Positions 30,288 through 40,207 of a DNA stretch of 64,000 nt are shown here, in pieces. Every line of letters begins with the position of its first letter. The first letter of the stretch is position 1. The position numbers and the translations under genes are program-made. Under the pieces are notes generated by a model. That model was not told the origin of the DNA. It worked only from the letters and a program-made list of their open reading frames with translations, and made no database searches. This DNA is from Polyangiaceae bacterium (lineage in GTDB: Bacteria > Myxococcota_A > Polyangia > Polyangiales > Polyangiaceae), in contig JANRKO010000016.1 in the NCBI GenBank assembly GCA_033763455.1, positions 54,772 through 118,771 on the forward strand, given 5' to 3'.

Positions 30288-30328
30288 GCCGTCCCGACGG
30301 CCTCTAGCAGAGCCTGATTGAGCTGTTT

Positions 30329-30913
30329 TCAGGGGCCGGGGACCACCGCGAGCTCGTAGAGACGCCAGTTGTTCTGCCCGTGGTTGTGAACGTGGAGATA
30401 CACTGGGTCGCCCTTTTCTAGCGGCGCCGTAAGGATCTCCTCAAACGCGAATACGTCTCCGCGGCCCGGAATCGCAACGGTGCGCTCTGCGATCACCCGG
30501 GTTCCGATCAGCACCGCCACGTGGCCCTCCGCGGGCTCCGGCGCCGTGAGATCGAAGTACAGGATCCTTCCCAACACGCGGTCACCCACCTTGCCAGCGG
30601 CAAGCGACGGTTGGCTAATCATCAGATAGTTGCAGCGCCCAGTGTCTACTTCTACGTACTCCGCCTCAGGGCCCCAACTGGTTAAATCATCGCATGAGAC
30701 GGTCGCCGGACGATGAGTCGCGAGAGGATCGGCGGTCACCTCCACAACCCTCCACAGCTGATGATCGATGAGAGACGCGGCAGTTGTTGGTTGAGCTTCA
30801 GAAGCCACCGAAACGCTCGGCTCGCCCCCACAGCGGCTAACAGCTAACACGAGCCCAAGCGAGCTCGCGCAACGAGAAAGCCAGCCGTTTGGAAAGGTAG
30901 GGTGGAGGGGCAT
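30329..30913 (-). CDS. Hypothetical lipoprotein with HxHNH motif
   Basis: Hydrophobic signal ending VSRC; EVDTGRCNY; C-terminal YLHVHNHGQNNW. ATG 30913 chosen to avoid overlap with the divergent gene. Confidence 0.7.
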   Translation of the reverse strand: MPLHPTFPNGWLSRCASSLGLVLAVSRCGGEPSVSVASEAQPTTAASLIDHQLWRVVEVTADPLATHRPATVSCDDLTSWGPEAEYVEVDTGRCNYLMISQPSLAAGKVGDRVLGRILYFDLTAPEPAEGHVAVLIGTRVIAERTVAIPGRGDVFAFEEILTAPLEKGDPVYLHVHNHGQNNWRLYELAVVPGP

Positions 30914-30994
30914 GAGTGAGCGGGCTGCAGCAAGTCTTGCGCCATTTTTGAAGCGCTCCAAGGAAACTGGCGCAATCTTGTTGTAAGCTATGCT

Positions 30995-31915
30995 GTGGTC
31001 GGCCTGCCAAAGTTCAGCCCCCTCTTGCTTTCGCTGGTGCTTCACGCTGGCGTTGTTGGCACAGTGGCATCGCTCGAGCCGCGGCCAACTGACAATCGCC
31101 TGCCGAGGGACCACTGGGCAGGTGCCACGCTTTTCTCAGTGGATCTGGTGGTCCCGCAGACCCCCCAACCGACACTAGCGCCGCCTCCGGCCTCACAGGC
31201 GCCAGAGCCTCCGCAGGGACCCGAGCCTTCAATACCCGGACCTGCAAGGTCCACACCCGCGGCAATCGCGCCCTCCGAGCACACAACACGCGTTGCTGCC
31301 CCCAATCCGTCTTCGTCGGATAACGCTCTCCCTCACTTCACCAAACCACGGCATTCTGCTCCGAAGCCCGCCGTGACCGCAGGCGAACCCAATCCGAGCG
31401 CCCCTGAAGTCAGCGGCGAGGCGGCGACGAGTGCTTCCGCCGCCAAAACTTTCGGAGGAGACGATCTACCGCCAGGCGTGAGAAGCCTTGCGAGTGCCGT
31501 CACTCGCGCCTTGCCAAAGGCAGCCGAGCTCGATCCGGTTTGGTTCGACTTGCCACTAGGCGACCTCGGAGAAATCCGCGTCGAGTTTGTCACCAGCGAC
31601 GAAGGTGAGCTCCTGAGCTCAAAAGTGCTGGAGGTACCGCCCGCCAGAAACGCGCTAACGCGGCTTCTGGAGCGCACCTTCCTGTTCCTAAAAAATGGTC
31701 GATTTGCGGTCGATCCAGCCCACTTGGCAGCAGGGTCGCAGACCATCAAAATCCGCGGCCAGCTCACACAACGCGGCGGCAACGACAACGAGCTTGCCGA
31801 GCCCCAACACACATTTGTTTTGCACCAAGAAGCTCCAACACGCTCCAAGCCCGGCCTTGCTTACGTGACCTTCAATTCGGGGCGCCACATCGCATTTGTG
31901 ATCGAGTTGGAATAA
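30995..31915 (+). CDS. TonB/TolA-like Pro-rich periplasmic protein
   Basis: N-terminal TM with SxxxH (LLSLVLHA), Pro-rich spacer, alpha/beta C-terminal domain. Confidence 0.6.
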   Translation: MVGLPKFSPLLLSLVLHAGVVGTVASLEPRPTDNRLPRDHWAGATLFSVDLVVPQTPQPTLAPPPASQAPEPPQGPEPSIPGPARSTPAAIAPSEHTTRVAAPNPSSSDNALPHFTKPRHSAPKPAVTAGEPNPSAPEVSGEAATSASAAKTFGGDDLPPGVRSLASAVTRALPKAAELDPVWFDLPLGDLGEIRVEFVTSDEGELLSSKVLEVPPARNALTRLLERTFLFLKNGRFAVDPAHLAAGSQTIKIRGQLTQRGGNDNELAEPQHTFVLHQEAPTRSKPGLAYVTFNSGRHIAFVIELE

Positions 31916-34861
31916 TCAAGGCGCTGGGGCACCTGGCGAAGCCTGTGGTGGCGCCGCTTCCGGCAGCAGCTTGAGCTTCTCCGCTTCCGCTAGATACCTA
32001 TCTCTAGCCTTGGCATTCCCCAGAGATCCCGCAACGTCGGCAAGGCGACGCCAAACGGCCTCTTTTTCAGCGACGGTGCCAGGGCAGAGAGCGGCACTTT
32101 CTAGCTCAAAAATAGCCTGCTCGCGCTTCTCTGCGCGCAGCAACAACTCCGCGTAGGCCACATGCGTGCCAAGCCCATCCATGTCGGCGTACACCGCCGC
32201 TTCCCCAACCCGCACTCCCTCATCAATCTCCCCGCGAATCAGCAAGCGCTCCAGGAGCCTGCGGTAGATCCCAGGGTTGTGCTCATCGAGCAGAGCAAGC
32301 TTGCGCAGCGCGTCGAGCTCAACTTCTGGTTTTCCCATGCGCTCCCCGAGTTGAACCAAAGCGCGCAGCGGCTCCACTTCAGTTGGGTCCCACTCGTGTG
32401 CGCGCTGTAGCGCCAACAGAGCTCGGTCCCAATCTTGCGCAAGTCGGAACGCCTCGCCCAACAACATTTGGACCTCATATCCATCGAAACCCTCGCGAAT
32501 CAGAGCTCCGACGGCATCTACCAAGCCGGCAGAATCTTTTGCTTGTGCGAGCGCGCGCGCGCGTAGAAAACGCAAATCAGGATCTTTGGGGTGCCGCTTC
32601 AGCGCCTGCACCAACGCTGCCTGGGACTCCGCCTCGCGGTTCTGCCGTTGTAATAGCAAAACCCACCGCGCCAGGTTCTTGGCATCTTCCGGGTGTTCCG
32701 TGGCGAGCGCCTCGGCGTGCTCCGGAGAGCCCGTGCGACGCACCGGCACAAATTGCCGCTGATAGCGTTCGAGTCTCGGCTTCAAGAACTCTAGGAAGGC
32801 AGCATTGAGCGCCTTGGGCGTGTGACCCAACGTTTCGCTCAGCACTTCCGGCGTACGTTTGCCCGCACCCCACGCGCGCAGCATCTTCGGGAACACGGCG
32901 CGCCCGTACTTTTGTGCTAGAAACTCTATAACTTCCGTAGATGCGTAGTACGCGGTGGCCACGTCTTCGATGTCTTCCACGCGGGTAAACGCCTGAGTCA
33001 TGGCCTGGAGCTCAGGAAGCTTCTTCTGCCGGAGGGCTTCAACCAGATCTGGATCCTGCTCGCGTGACCACTCCGGACGCTCGGTGAGGGTTTCGTATTC
33101 GGCCAAGCCTTCGGTAAACCAGCGCGGAACCCGGCTGCGTGAAAGCTGAATATGAAACACGTGCGAAAGCTCGTGCCAGAGCGTCATGCCTAGGTTAAAT
33201 TTCTCCTCACCGAGGCTCATTGCCGCTAGCGTTCGTCCGAAACACACGCCCTGGATGGCTGTTTCCGGCAAGCCACTCGTGCGCACGGCAAAGCTCTGAC
33301 GGCTCGAATAAAGCTCAATTCCGACCGGGCTTTCGGGAGTAAAACCGTATGATTTTTGCAACTTTTGAAACGCCCGCTCCAGCATTGGAGGCACGTACCG
33401 GGAGAGCAGAGCTTGCTCGTTCTTCGGATAGCGAAAGCGAAAGCGCCCAGCCTCCACTGTGGTGTAATTTTTGGGGATCTCTTTTTCAAACAAGTCGAGC
33501 GTGTTGTAAACACGCACGTTGAATGGATCGGAATCGAACGCGTGGCGAAGCGCCGTAACTCCAGGCACATCGCTGCCGCCCCGGATCAGGTTGAGCCCTA
33601 ACTGCGCCCGGGCCTTGGCGTTCTCGGGATCGATCTGGAGCGCCTCCCGCATCATCCCAACAATTTCGTCGTAACGGTGCTCCCATTCTGCGTAATCCCC
33701 AATGATGTTGAACATCCGAGAATACTCTGGGTTCTGCGCCAAAATCTTCGCCTTTGCGGCCTCGAACCCCGCCGTATCGTCGCTTAGGTAGCGCGCGGTG
33801 GCGTGCAAGCTCAAGAGCTCAAGGTCGCGCGGGTTAAACTTCAAACCCTCCGCCACCCATCGCTCGGCCTGCGTAAGATGCGCCTCACGCAAAGCCACGC
33901 CGGCAAGCACTCCGTACGCAGACGTTAACCTTGGATTTACAGATAGAGCCTTCTTTGCCAAGCGCTCCGCCTCGTCGAAGTCGAAGGCCTGATCGAGGCG
34001 AACTCTGGCCATCCACATATTGGCTTCGGGATGGTTGGGAGCGCGCTTTAGGAGCTCGCTGAGCACTTCTTCGGCATGCCCAGGGTCATACTTTTCGAGG
34101 AAAAGTTCAGCACGGTAGAGCCGAAGTTGGTCCGAATCAGGAAGCACTCGCTCGGCCTGATTGAACGCGTCGTTGGCGTCTTTTGCGCTAGAAAGCAGGT
34201 AAGCCGCGCGCCCCACCAGCACCAGGCCAGCGCCATCTGCTTCGGTGATACGGTCGTCGTTGTAATCCTCAATCAAGCTCATCAAGGGAGCTTGGGCTTC
34301 GCTACGCCGACCCAGCTCTAGCAGCAATTCTCCGGCGAGCAGCCGCGCCTCTCCGGAGACCAACTTCTTCTCGGCCTCTTCTGGTTGGAGCAAGGCGAGC
34401 GCTTCTGCCACCTGACCGAGCGCGCGACGCGCCTTGGCTTCAAGCACTAAGCTGCGCTCAACGAGCGTCGCCACCTGAAGCTTGTCTATTTCGCTCGTGA
34501 CAAGCTCACTTTGCAGCTGCGAGCTGAGCGGCAAGATCTCTTCGGCCCGCCCCACCAAAAGCCAAGTGCGCATCAAGCCAAAGGCGGCTTCGGCGCGCGT
34601 TTTCCCTCGGGGGGAGGTGCGCCAAATTTGGCCAAAAAGCTGCTCTGCCGAGCGATATTCACTCTGACCGAGAGCTACCTCGGCGAGCTCCAAAGGCGTC
34701 TTTCTGGGCGTTGGCTGGGTTGCGCTTGAGGCGGGCCTTGGCACGGCGGTTGGCGCCTTGCCACCGCGAGGATCATGGCCCGTGCAGCCAAGGGCCAACA
34801 CCAACCATAGTGCAGACGCGGGTGAAGGAGCCCTTCTAGCCGTGCCCACCCTAGCTCTCAT
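31916..34861 (-). CDS. TPR-repeat lipoprotein with central peptidase MA (gluzincin) domain
   Basis: ALGC lipobox; many TPRs; LWHELSH...PRWFTEGLA. ATG 34861 preferred over 34981. Confidence 0.85.
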   Translation of the reverse strand: MRARVGTARRAPSPASALWLVLALGCTGHDPRGGKAPTAVPRPASSATQPTPRKTPLELAEVALGQSEYRSAEQLFGQIWRTSPRGKTRAEAAFGLMRTWLLVGRAEEILPLSSQLQSELVTSEIDKLQVATLVERSLVLEAKARRALGQVAEALALLQPEEAEKKLVSGEARLLAGELLLELGRRSEAQAPLMSLIEDYNDDRITEADGAGLVLVGRAAYLLSSAKDANDAFNQAERVLPDSDQLRLYRAELFLEKYDPGHAEEVLSELLKRAPNHPEANMWMARVRLDQAFDFDEAERLAKKALSVNPRLTSAYGVLAGVALREAHLTQAERWVAEGLKFNPRDLELLSLHATARYLSDDTAGFEAAKAKILAQNPEYSRMFNIIGDYAEWEHRYDEIVGMMREALQIDPENAKARAQLGLNLIRGGSDVPGVTALRHAFDSDPFNVRVYNTLDLFEKEIPKNYTTVEAGRFRFRYPKNEQALLSRYVPPMLERAFQKLQKSYGFTPESPVGIELYSSRQSFAVRTSGLPETAIQGVCFGRTLAAMSLGEEKFNLGMTLWHELSHVFHIQLSRSRVPRWFTEGLAEYETLTERPEWSREQDPDLVEALRQKKLPELQAMTQAFTRVEDIEDVATAYYASTEVIEFLAQKYGRAVFPKMLRAWGAGKRTPEVLSETLGHTPKALNAAFLEFLKPRLERYQRQFVPVRRTGSPEHAEALATEHPEDAKNLARWVLLLQRQNREAESQAALVQALKRHPKDPDLRFLRARALAQAKDSAGLVDAVGALIREGFDGYEVQMLLGEAFRLAQDWDRALLALQRAHEWDPTEVEPLRALVQLGERMGKPEVELDALRKLALLDEHNPGIYRRLLERLLIRGEIDEGVRVGEAAVYADMDGLGTHVAYAELLLRAEKREQAIFELESAALCPGTVAEKEAVWRRLADVAGSLGNAKARDRYLAEAEKLKLLPEAAPPQASPGAPAP

Positions 34862-35150
34862 CCGAACCCTTTCGCCAGCGCGTGAGCCGGCGTGGCCAGG
34901 GCGTGCCCACTGTGCGTTGGCGCCAGGCTGTGCGCAGCAAGCTCTGAGTAACATCGAGCAACCAGGTGGGGGCCGGCTCACCGCGCCATTGTTCGTGGTT
35001 AACTTTCCCCTCCACGCTTACTTTCACCACAGAGCTAAATAGCCTTTCACCTTCCGAAAAACACCCTAAATAGCGAGCCTCCAGGTCCTCGGCGTGCTGC
35101 AGCACGAGCTCCACGCGGCCACCGAACTCTGAACTCAGCGGGCTTGCCAT
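34851..35150 (-). CDS. Small hypothetical protein
   Basis: GGAGG RBS; fills the gap between rph and the TPR-peptidase on the same strand; C-terminal WPRRLTRWR. Confidence 0.6.
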   Translation of the reverse strand: MASPLSSEFGGRVELVLQHAEDLEARYLGCFSEGERLFSSVVKVSVEGKVNHEQWRGEPAPTWLLDVTQSLLRTAWRQRTVGTPWPRRLTRWRKGSDES

Positions 35151-35163
35151 CCAACACCTCCGC

Positions 35164-35922
35164 TCAGCTCAACCACGACCCTAGGGCCACGCCCGCCCCT
35201 TCGAGGGCAGCGCTTTGAATGCGGCAAAGTTCGGCGATGCCTTGCAAGGAAAGATCGATCAGTTGATTGAAGTCGCTGCGTGGTACAGCTTCTCCCTCCG
35301 CTGTACCCTGGATCTCAACAATGGAGCCTTTCGCCGTTGCCACTACGTTCAGATCTACCCGTGCCTTGCTGTCCTCAGCGTAACAGAGGTCCAACGCCAA
35401 GTTGCCGTGCACGTGGCCCGCGCTGATAGCCGCTACCTGATCGCGGAGCACGCCTTTTCCGAGCTTTCCATCGCGCTTTTGGACCTTATCGAGCGCCAAC
35501 ACGAGCGCCATCCAGCCTGCGGTGATTGAAGCCGTTCGAGTACCACCGTCGGCTTCCAACACGTCACAGTCAATCGCGATACTACGTTCACCAAGCTTGC
35601 TGAGATCCACAGCGGCTCGCAAGGAGCGGCCGATCAAGCGCTCTATCTCCCGGCTTCTTCCGCCGAGCGGGCGTTCACGGCCATCGCGGCGTTCGCGACG
35701 AACGGGGTTCGAGCGCGGATGCATCTGATATTCGGCCGTGACCCAGCCTTTGCCTTGCCCCTTCAAAAAATCTGGAACGAAGTCGTCGAGCGAAGCCGTT
35801 GCCAGCACCACGGTGCCACCCGCACGGTAAAGCACTGACCCTTCTGCTAGGCGTTGAAACCCGACCTCAACCTGGACGGGACGAATAGTTTGGAGCTCGG
35901 CCCCTTCGCGGCGTTTGTACAT
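35164..35922 (-). CDS. rph: Ribonuclease PH
   Basis: AEGSVL, GWVTAEY, GRSREIERLIGRSLR, DCDVLEADGGTRTASITA, EIQGTAEG. Confidence 0.96.
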   Translation of the reverse strand: MYKRREGAELQTIRPVQVEVGFQRLAEGSVLYRAGGTVVLATASLDDFVPDFLKGQGKGWVTAEYQMHPRSNPVRRERRDGRERPLGGRSREIERLIGRSLRAAVDLSKLGERSIAIDCDVLEADGGTRTASITAGWMALVLALDKVQKRDGKLGKGVLRDQVAAISAGHVHGNLALDLCYAEDSKARVDLNVVATAKGSIVEIQGTAEGEAVPRSDFNQLIDLSLQGIAELCRIQSAALEGAGVALGSWLS

Positions 35923-36017
35923 ATACGGGCGAGCTTTAGCACATGCCGCCGGCTGAGCCGCTAGGGATCCCGTGAACGCGCCATTGTCGGGCTCTCGTGC
36001 TATGAGCGCAACGCGCA

Positions 36018-36728
36018 ATGGAACCGCAGATTTCTGACGCTTTCACGCTCCGGGTTTCGGAGGTCTTCGAGAGCCTGCAAGGCGAAGGGCCTCACGCGGG
36101 CCGTGCGTGCGTGTTCCTCAGGCTCGCCCTGTGCAACCTGCGCTGCGGCTGGTGCGACACGAAGTACACGTGGGATTTTAAGTCGCATTCGTACGACCAA
36201 GAGGTGAAGGAACAACCGGTAGCCGAGCTGGTTGAACAGCTACAAGCCCTCGCACCCCGGCATCTGGTGATTACCGGAGGTGAGCCACTTCTGCAGCAAG
36301 CAGCCCTTCAAACACTGTTGACCGAACTTGATCCGAAGCTATTTGTAGAGATCGAAACCAACGGCACTTTACCGCCCAGTGCATTTCTGAGCGCGCGGGT
36401 TCAGCATTGGAATGTCTCCCCCAAGCTCGCGAACAGCGGAGAGAGCGAAGCGCGCCGCCTACGTTTTCCGGCTCTTTTGGAGTTCTCGAGGCTCCCCGGC
36501 GCATGGCTCAAGTTGGTTCTCTCAAGCCCGGCGGAGTGGTCCGAGGCCGAAGCCATTGTTGCCCAGGCAGGTTGGCCCAAAGAGCGAATTTCACTGATGC
36601 CTAAAGCGAGCAATCGAGCAGAGCTTGAGGCTGCTTCCAAGGGCATCGCGGAGCTTGCTGCAAGCCAGAAGGTACGCTTCTCCACGCGCTTACACCTCCT
36701 CTTGTGGGACGGCGCCCGGGGAACGTGA
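36018..36728 (+). CDS. queE: 7-carboxy-7-deazaguanine synthase (radical SAM)
   Basis: EVFESLQGEG, CNLRCGWCDT, ITGGEP, IETNG, VSPK, RLH. Confidence 0.9.
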   Translation: MEPQISDAFTLRVSEVFESLQGEGPHAGRACVFLRLALCNLRCGWCDTKYTWDFKSHSYDQEVKEQPVAELVEQLQALAPRHLVITGGEPLLQQAALQTLLTELDPKLFVEIETNGTLPPSAFLSARVQHWNVSPKLANSGESEARRLRFPALLEFSRLPGAWLKLVLSSPAEWSEAEAIVAQAGWPKERISLMPKASNRAELEAASKGIAELAASQKVRFSTRLHLLLWDGARGT

Positions 36729-36738
36729 CGCTTAACCA

Positions 36739-39033
36739 CTAAGGAATATCACCCCAAACAGTTAACGCCGCGCGGGTATCCGGATCGAGCACAAGCCGCG
36801 GCGCCCCCGCAGGCCGCAGCAGCAACGAAGCGAGCTCCTTCTGCCGGGAGAGCTCTTCGAAAGTCTGGAGCCAAATCGCTCGCGCCGCATACGAGGCGCT
36901 CGAAAAAACGTCCTCGCTGCAGGCCGGATCGCTATCTGTCCGACACAGGCGAGGGACTCGGCCGAGCGTGCCACTGAGCTGCCATACCCCCGAACGAGTA
37001 ACATAGGTCTGGCCCCTCACCGCCAGAAGTGCTCTACCTTCAGGCGGAGAGTAGCCTTTCACCATCGAGAACAAATCTAGACCTTGCACATGTGGTAACG
37101 CTGGCAAGCCGAGAGCTTCGGCGATGGTCGCGGAAATGTCATCGGTGGTGACGACCGCCGTGTTCTCAGTGCCGGCGTGAGCGCCACCTGGGAACTTCAC
37201 CAGGAGTGGTACGTTGAGGCGCGCCTCGGAGAGGTCACCTGCGGGATCAAAGGGTAAGGTGGGCGGCCTCGGGGAAGCCACGTCACCCATGTAAACAATG
37301 AGGGCACTATCGAGGAGGTCGTGCTTCTTGAGGCTAGAAAATAGGCGTTTAGTGCTAAGGAGTTCCTTGCTATAGGCCGCGCTTTGGAGCTCGCGCAGGC
37401 GTGCCCAATCGTCGTCTTTGAGCTTCTTGCCTCGTCGCCGCACATCACCAATCAGAATACCGCCGCGCCGGGCATCTACGTTCCCTGCATATTCCTTGGG
37501 CCCAAGTCGCTGTGCCTCGACGCGCGTCAAATCCCAAGGTGGATGGGTTCCGCGTGTGTGAACAACCAATAAATGCGGACGCGTCCGCACTTGCTCACTT
37601 TGACTTTCGAGCCAAGCCGCGGCCCGGCTGATCACCTCGGTTGCCGGCAGATCGAGCACCGGGGAAGCATTAAAATATTCGTCCCAATCTCTTGCGAAGC
37701 CAAACGCTCCGAAGGTAGTGGGGACGGCCGAGAGGAAGGCAGCGTGCCCACCCGACGCTTTGAGGGCTCGTTGGAGCGTCTGAATATCGGGCAAAAGCAG
37801 CGGTGAAGCCTCATTCAGCCCATGGACACCCGCGGGCAGCCCAGACAACAAAGACGCCATCACCGAAGAAGCGAGGGTGCTCTGCACGCGATAATTCGGA
37901 AAAGCCACGGCCGTACGAGCAAACTCACCGAGCGCGGCCGCAGGTTCTCCGGTTCCCCACGGCGGCACGTCTTGGCGATTGAGCGAAGAAGCCACAACAA
38001 CAACCGCGAGATTCGTCCGTGGCGTCTTGGGTCGCGCTTCCTCCCGAACCCGGGGATCACCGAACACCACCCGTCCACCTTCCGCCGAGGTTGCTCCGAT
38101 TTCCAAAAGGCCTACGCCCGAAGACCGACTGCCAAGAGCAAGCGTTGCAGGTGCAAAGGCAGCGGCGTCTCCGCCGGTTACCTGCCGCCGCAAGAGCTCG
38201 CGCGGGGCTTCTCCATCCAGAAGCAGGCGAACCTGAGCCTCACCCTTGCCTTTTCCCCAGAATCCAAGGGAAAAGGCGAGCTTCGCCTGCCCCGAAAGGC
38301 TCACCGGACAACGAACATTGACGCTGCTTTTGAAGGCCAACACTCGGTGCGGCACCGAGCCCAACGCCACTTCCGACACGACATCGCGGAACGTGGGCGG
38401 GTACTCTGTGGTTCCACCTCGCGCCCGTATTCTGATCCAATCAATCTCTCCGTAGGGCTCGTCGTTTCCACGCGGTGCCCCAACGAACCGAACCCCGAGC
38501 GTGTGCAGCCCCGCCTTGAGCCCGGACGGGATAGGGAGGGAGAACACGCGGGCAACCCCGCTTTCCATGCGCAGAAGCCCCAGACGTTTTCTGTCCACAT
38601 CGATGGCCAAATGGCGCGCCCCGGCGCCGTAGCCCCGGACTTCTACTTGGAGTTCCGCTTGCGCTTCCGTCAGCCAGAAGCTGTAGCCCGCCTGATCGCC
38701 GCGGAATTGACCGAAGGTTTCGCCCCCGCGTTCCACCCCCCGAACGTCAGCAAACGGCCCCAAACGAAAACCGCGTCTCCAATCGGTGCCGTCAGCGCCG
38801 AGATCCAGCACCATGCCGTCGTCGCGCAGCTCACAGTGTTCCAACCGCGAAAGCAGCTCCACTTCGACATTGGAGGGTACCGCTTCAGCGGTAGTGCCGG
38901 CGGGCTTGGAAGGCCCTTCGGTAGGCTGCTGCTTGGCTAAAGGCTCCGGCGATTTGCAGCCGAGCACGGCCGCGGAGAGGCATAACCAAAGGCCTTGCCT
39001 AAGGGCTGCGCTGAGCGTGAAGTACCGAAGCAT
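36739..39033 (-). CDS. Sulfatase/alkaline-phosphatase-fold lipoprotein with N-terminal beta domains; catalytic motif degenerate
   Basis: VLGC lipobox; ASLLSG, FGFARDWD, THPPW, VPLLVKFPG, DISATI, QGLDL. Confidence 0.75.
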   Translation of the reverse strand: MLRYFTLSAALRQGLWLCLSAAVLGCKSPEPLAKQQPTEGPSKPAGTTAEAVPSNVEVELLSRLEHCELRDDGMVLDLGADGTDWRRGFRLGPFADVRGVERGGETFGQFRGDQAGYSFWLTEAQAELQVEVRGYGAGARHLAIDVDRKRLGLLRMESGVARVFSLPIPSGLKAGLHTLGVRFVGAPRGNDEPYGEIDWIRIRARGGTTEYPPTFRDVVSEVALGSVPHRVLAFKSSVNVRCPVSLSGQAKLAFSLGFWGKGKGEAQVRLLLDGEAPRELLRRQVTGGDAAAFAPATLALGSRSSGVGLLEIGATSAEGGRVVFGDPRVREEARPKTPRTNLAVVVVASSLNRQDVPPWGTGEPAAALGEFARTAVAFPNYRVQSTLASSVMASLLSGLPAGVHGLNEASPLLLPDIQTLQRALKASGGHAAFLSAVPTTFGAFGFARDWDEYFNASPVLDLPATEVISRAAAWLESQSEQVRTRPHLLVVHTRGTHPPWDLTRVEAQRLGPKEYAGNVDARRGGILIGDVRRRGKKLKDDDWARLRELQSAAYSKELLSTKRLFSSLKKHDLLDSALIVYMGDVASPRPPTLPFDPAGDLSEARLNVPLLVKFPGGAHAGTENTAVVTTDDISATIAEALGLPALPHVQGLDLFSMVKGYSPPEGRALLAVRGQTYVTRSGVWQLSGTLGRVPRLCRTDSDPACSEDVFSSASYAARAIWLQTFEELSRQKELASLLLRPAGAPRLVLDPDTRAALTVWGDIP

Positions 39034-39067
39034 CCGCCCCGGGGCTTAGCTCAACTTGACCCAAGCG

Positions 39068-40198
39068 TCACTGCGTGAGGGCGGCAGCCGGGATCGCCAC
39101 TTCGCCCGCAACCAAACGTCCGTTGGCGTCGTAGCGGCTAAGCTCTAGCCCCACGCGCCTAAGCACTGCTTGCTTCTCATGAAACGGCTGAAAACTCGAC
39201 TTGAAGCCAGCCAAAATCATGCTCTTGATGTCCTCGAATGGAATGCCCATGCGCGTGTGGGCGAGCCACAGCTCTTTGGAAACGGTGGTGTCGGTAATCA
39301 AGCGATTGTCCGTGTTTACCGTGACCCGCAGGCCTAGATCGAAGTAAAACTTGAGCGGGTGGGTTGAAAGATCCCGCACCGCCCCCGTCTGCACATTGCT
39401 GGACGGGCAACACTCCAGGGGAATGCGGTGATCGTTCACGTAGTGTAGAAGGTCGCCATTTTCACGCAGCCTGCAGCCGTGCCCAATGCGGTGCGCGCCA
39501 CACACGTGGATGGCTTGCGCGATGGATTCTGGCCCGTATGCCTCGCCCGCGTGGATGGTGCAGTTGATGTTGTTGTCTCGCACCAACTGGAAAGCTTCCT
39601 TGTGATGCTTGGCGGGGTTGTCGGCTTCGGCTCCCGCAAGATCAAAGCCCACAACTCCGCGCCCCTTGTACGCCACGGCAAGCTCGGCCATTTCATACGA
39701 AGATTCTGGGGAAATGTTGCGAATACCGCAGATAATGACATTGGCCTTGATGCCGTAGGTTTCGCGCGCGCGCCTTAGGCCGAGCAATACGGCTTCCACC
39801 ACCTTGGTGAGCTTGAGGCCTCGGTTGGTGTGGAGCATGGGCGCGTAGCGCACCTCCATGTAGCGAACGTTTTCCCGATGAGCATCTTCGGCGAGCTCAA
39901 ACGCAATGCGCTCCAGAGCTTCTTCCGTCTGCATCACGCGCAAAGTAATGCCAAACCCCCTCAGGTATTCGACCAATGATCCACAATTTTTGCCGGCACC
40001 AATGGCTTCACGCAGGCCCTCCACATCGTACGAAGGGAGCTCCACGTTCTCAGTGCGCGCAAGTTCGATGATGGTCTCCACACGCAGGGAGCCGTCTAGG
40101 TGCACGTGGAGGTCCGCCTTGGGCAGAGCCTCAAACACCTCAAAAGGAACGCGCTCGAATGAAAACGCCGACGGGGGGTTGCTTCTTGTTGACGACAT
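39068..40198 (-). CDS. add: Adenosine deaminase
   Basis: DLHVHLDGS, GFDLAGAE, HAGE, RIGHG, CPSSN, NTDN. Confidence 0.95.
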   Translation of the reverse strand: MSSTRSNPPSAFSFERVPFEVFEALPKADLHVHLDGSLRVETIIELARTENVELPSYDVEGLREAIGAGKNCGSLVEYLRGFGITLRVMQTEEALERIAFELAEDAHRENVRYMEVRYAPMLHTNRGLKLTKVVEAVLLGLRRARETYGIKANVIICGIRNISPESSYEMAELAVAYKGRGVVGFDLAGAEADNPAKHHKEAFQLVRDNNINCTIHAGEAYGPESIAQAIHVCGAHRIGHGCRLRENGDLLHYVNDHRIPLECCPSSNVQTGAVRDLSTHPLKFYFDLGLRVTVNTDNRLITDTTVSKELWLAHTRMGIPFEDIKSMILAGFKSSFQPFHEKQAVLRRVGLELSRYDANGRLVAGEVAIPAAALTQ

Positions 40199-40207
40199 TA
40201 GGGAAGG

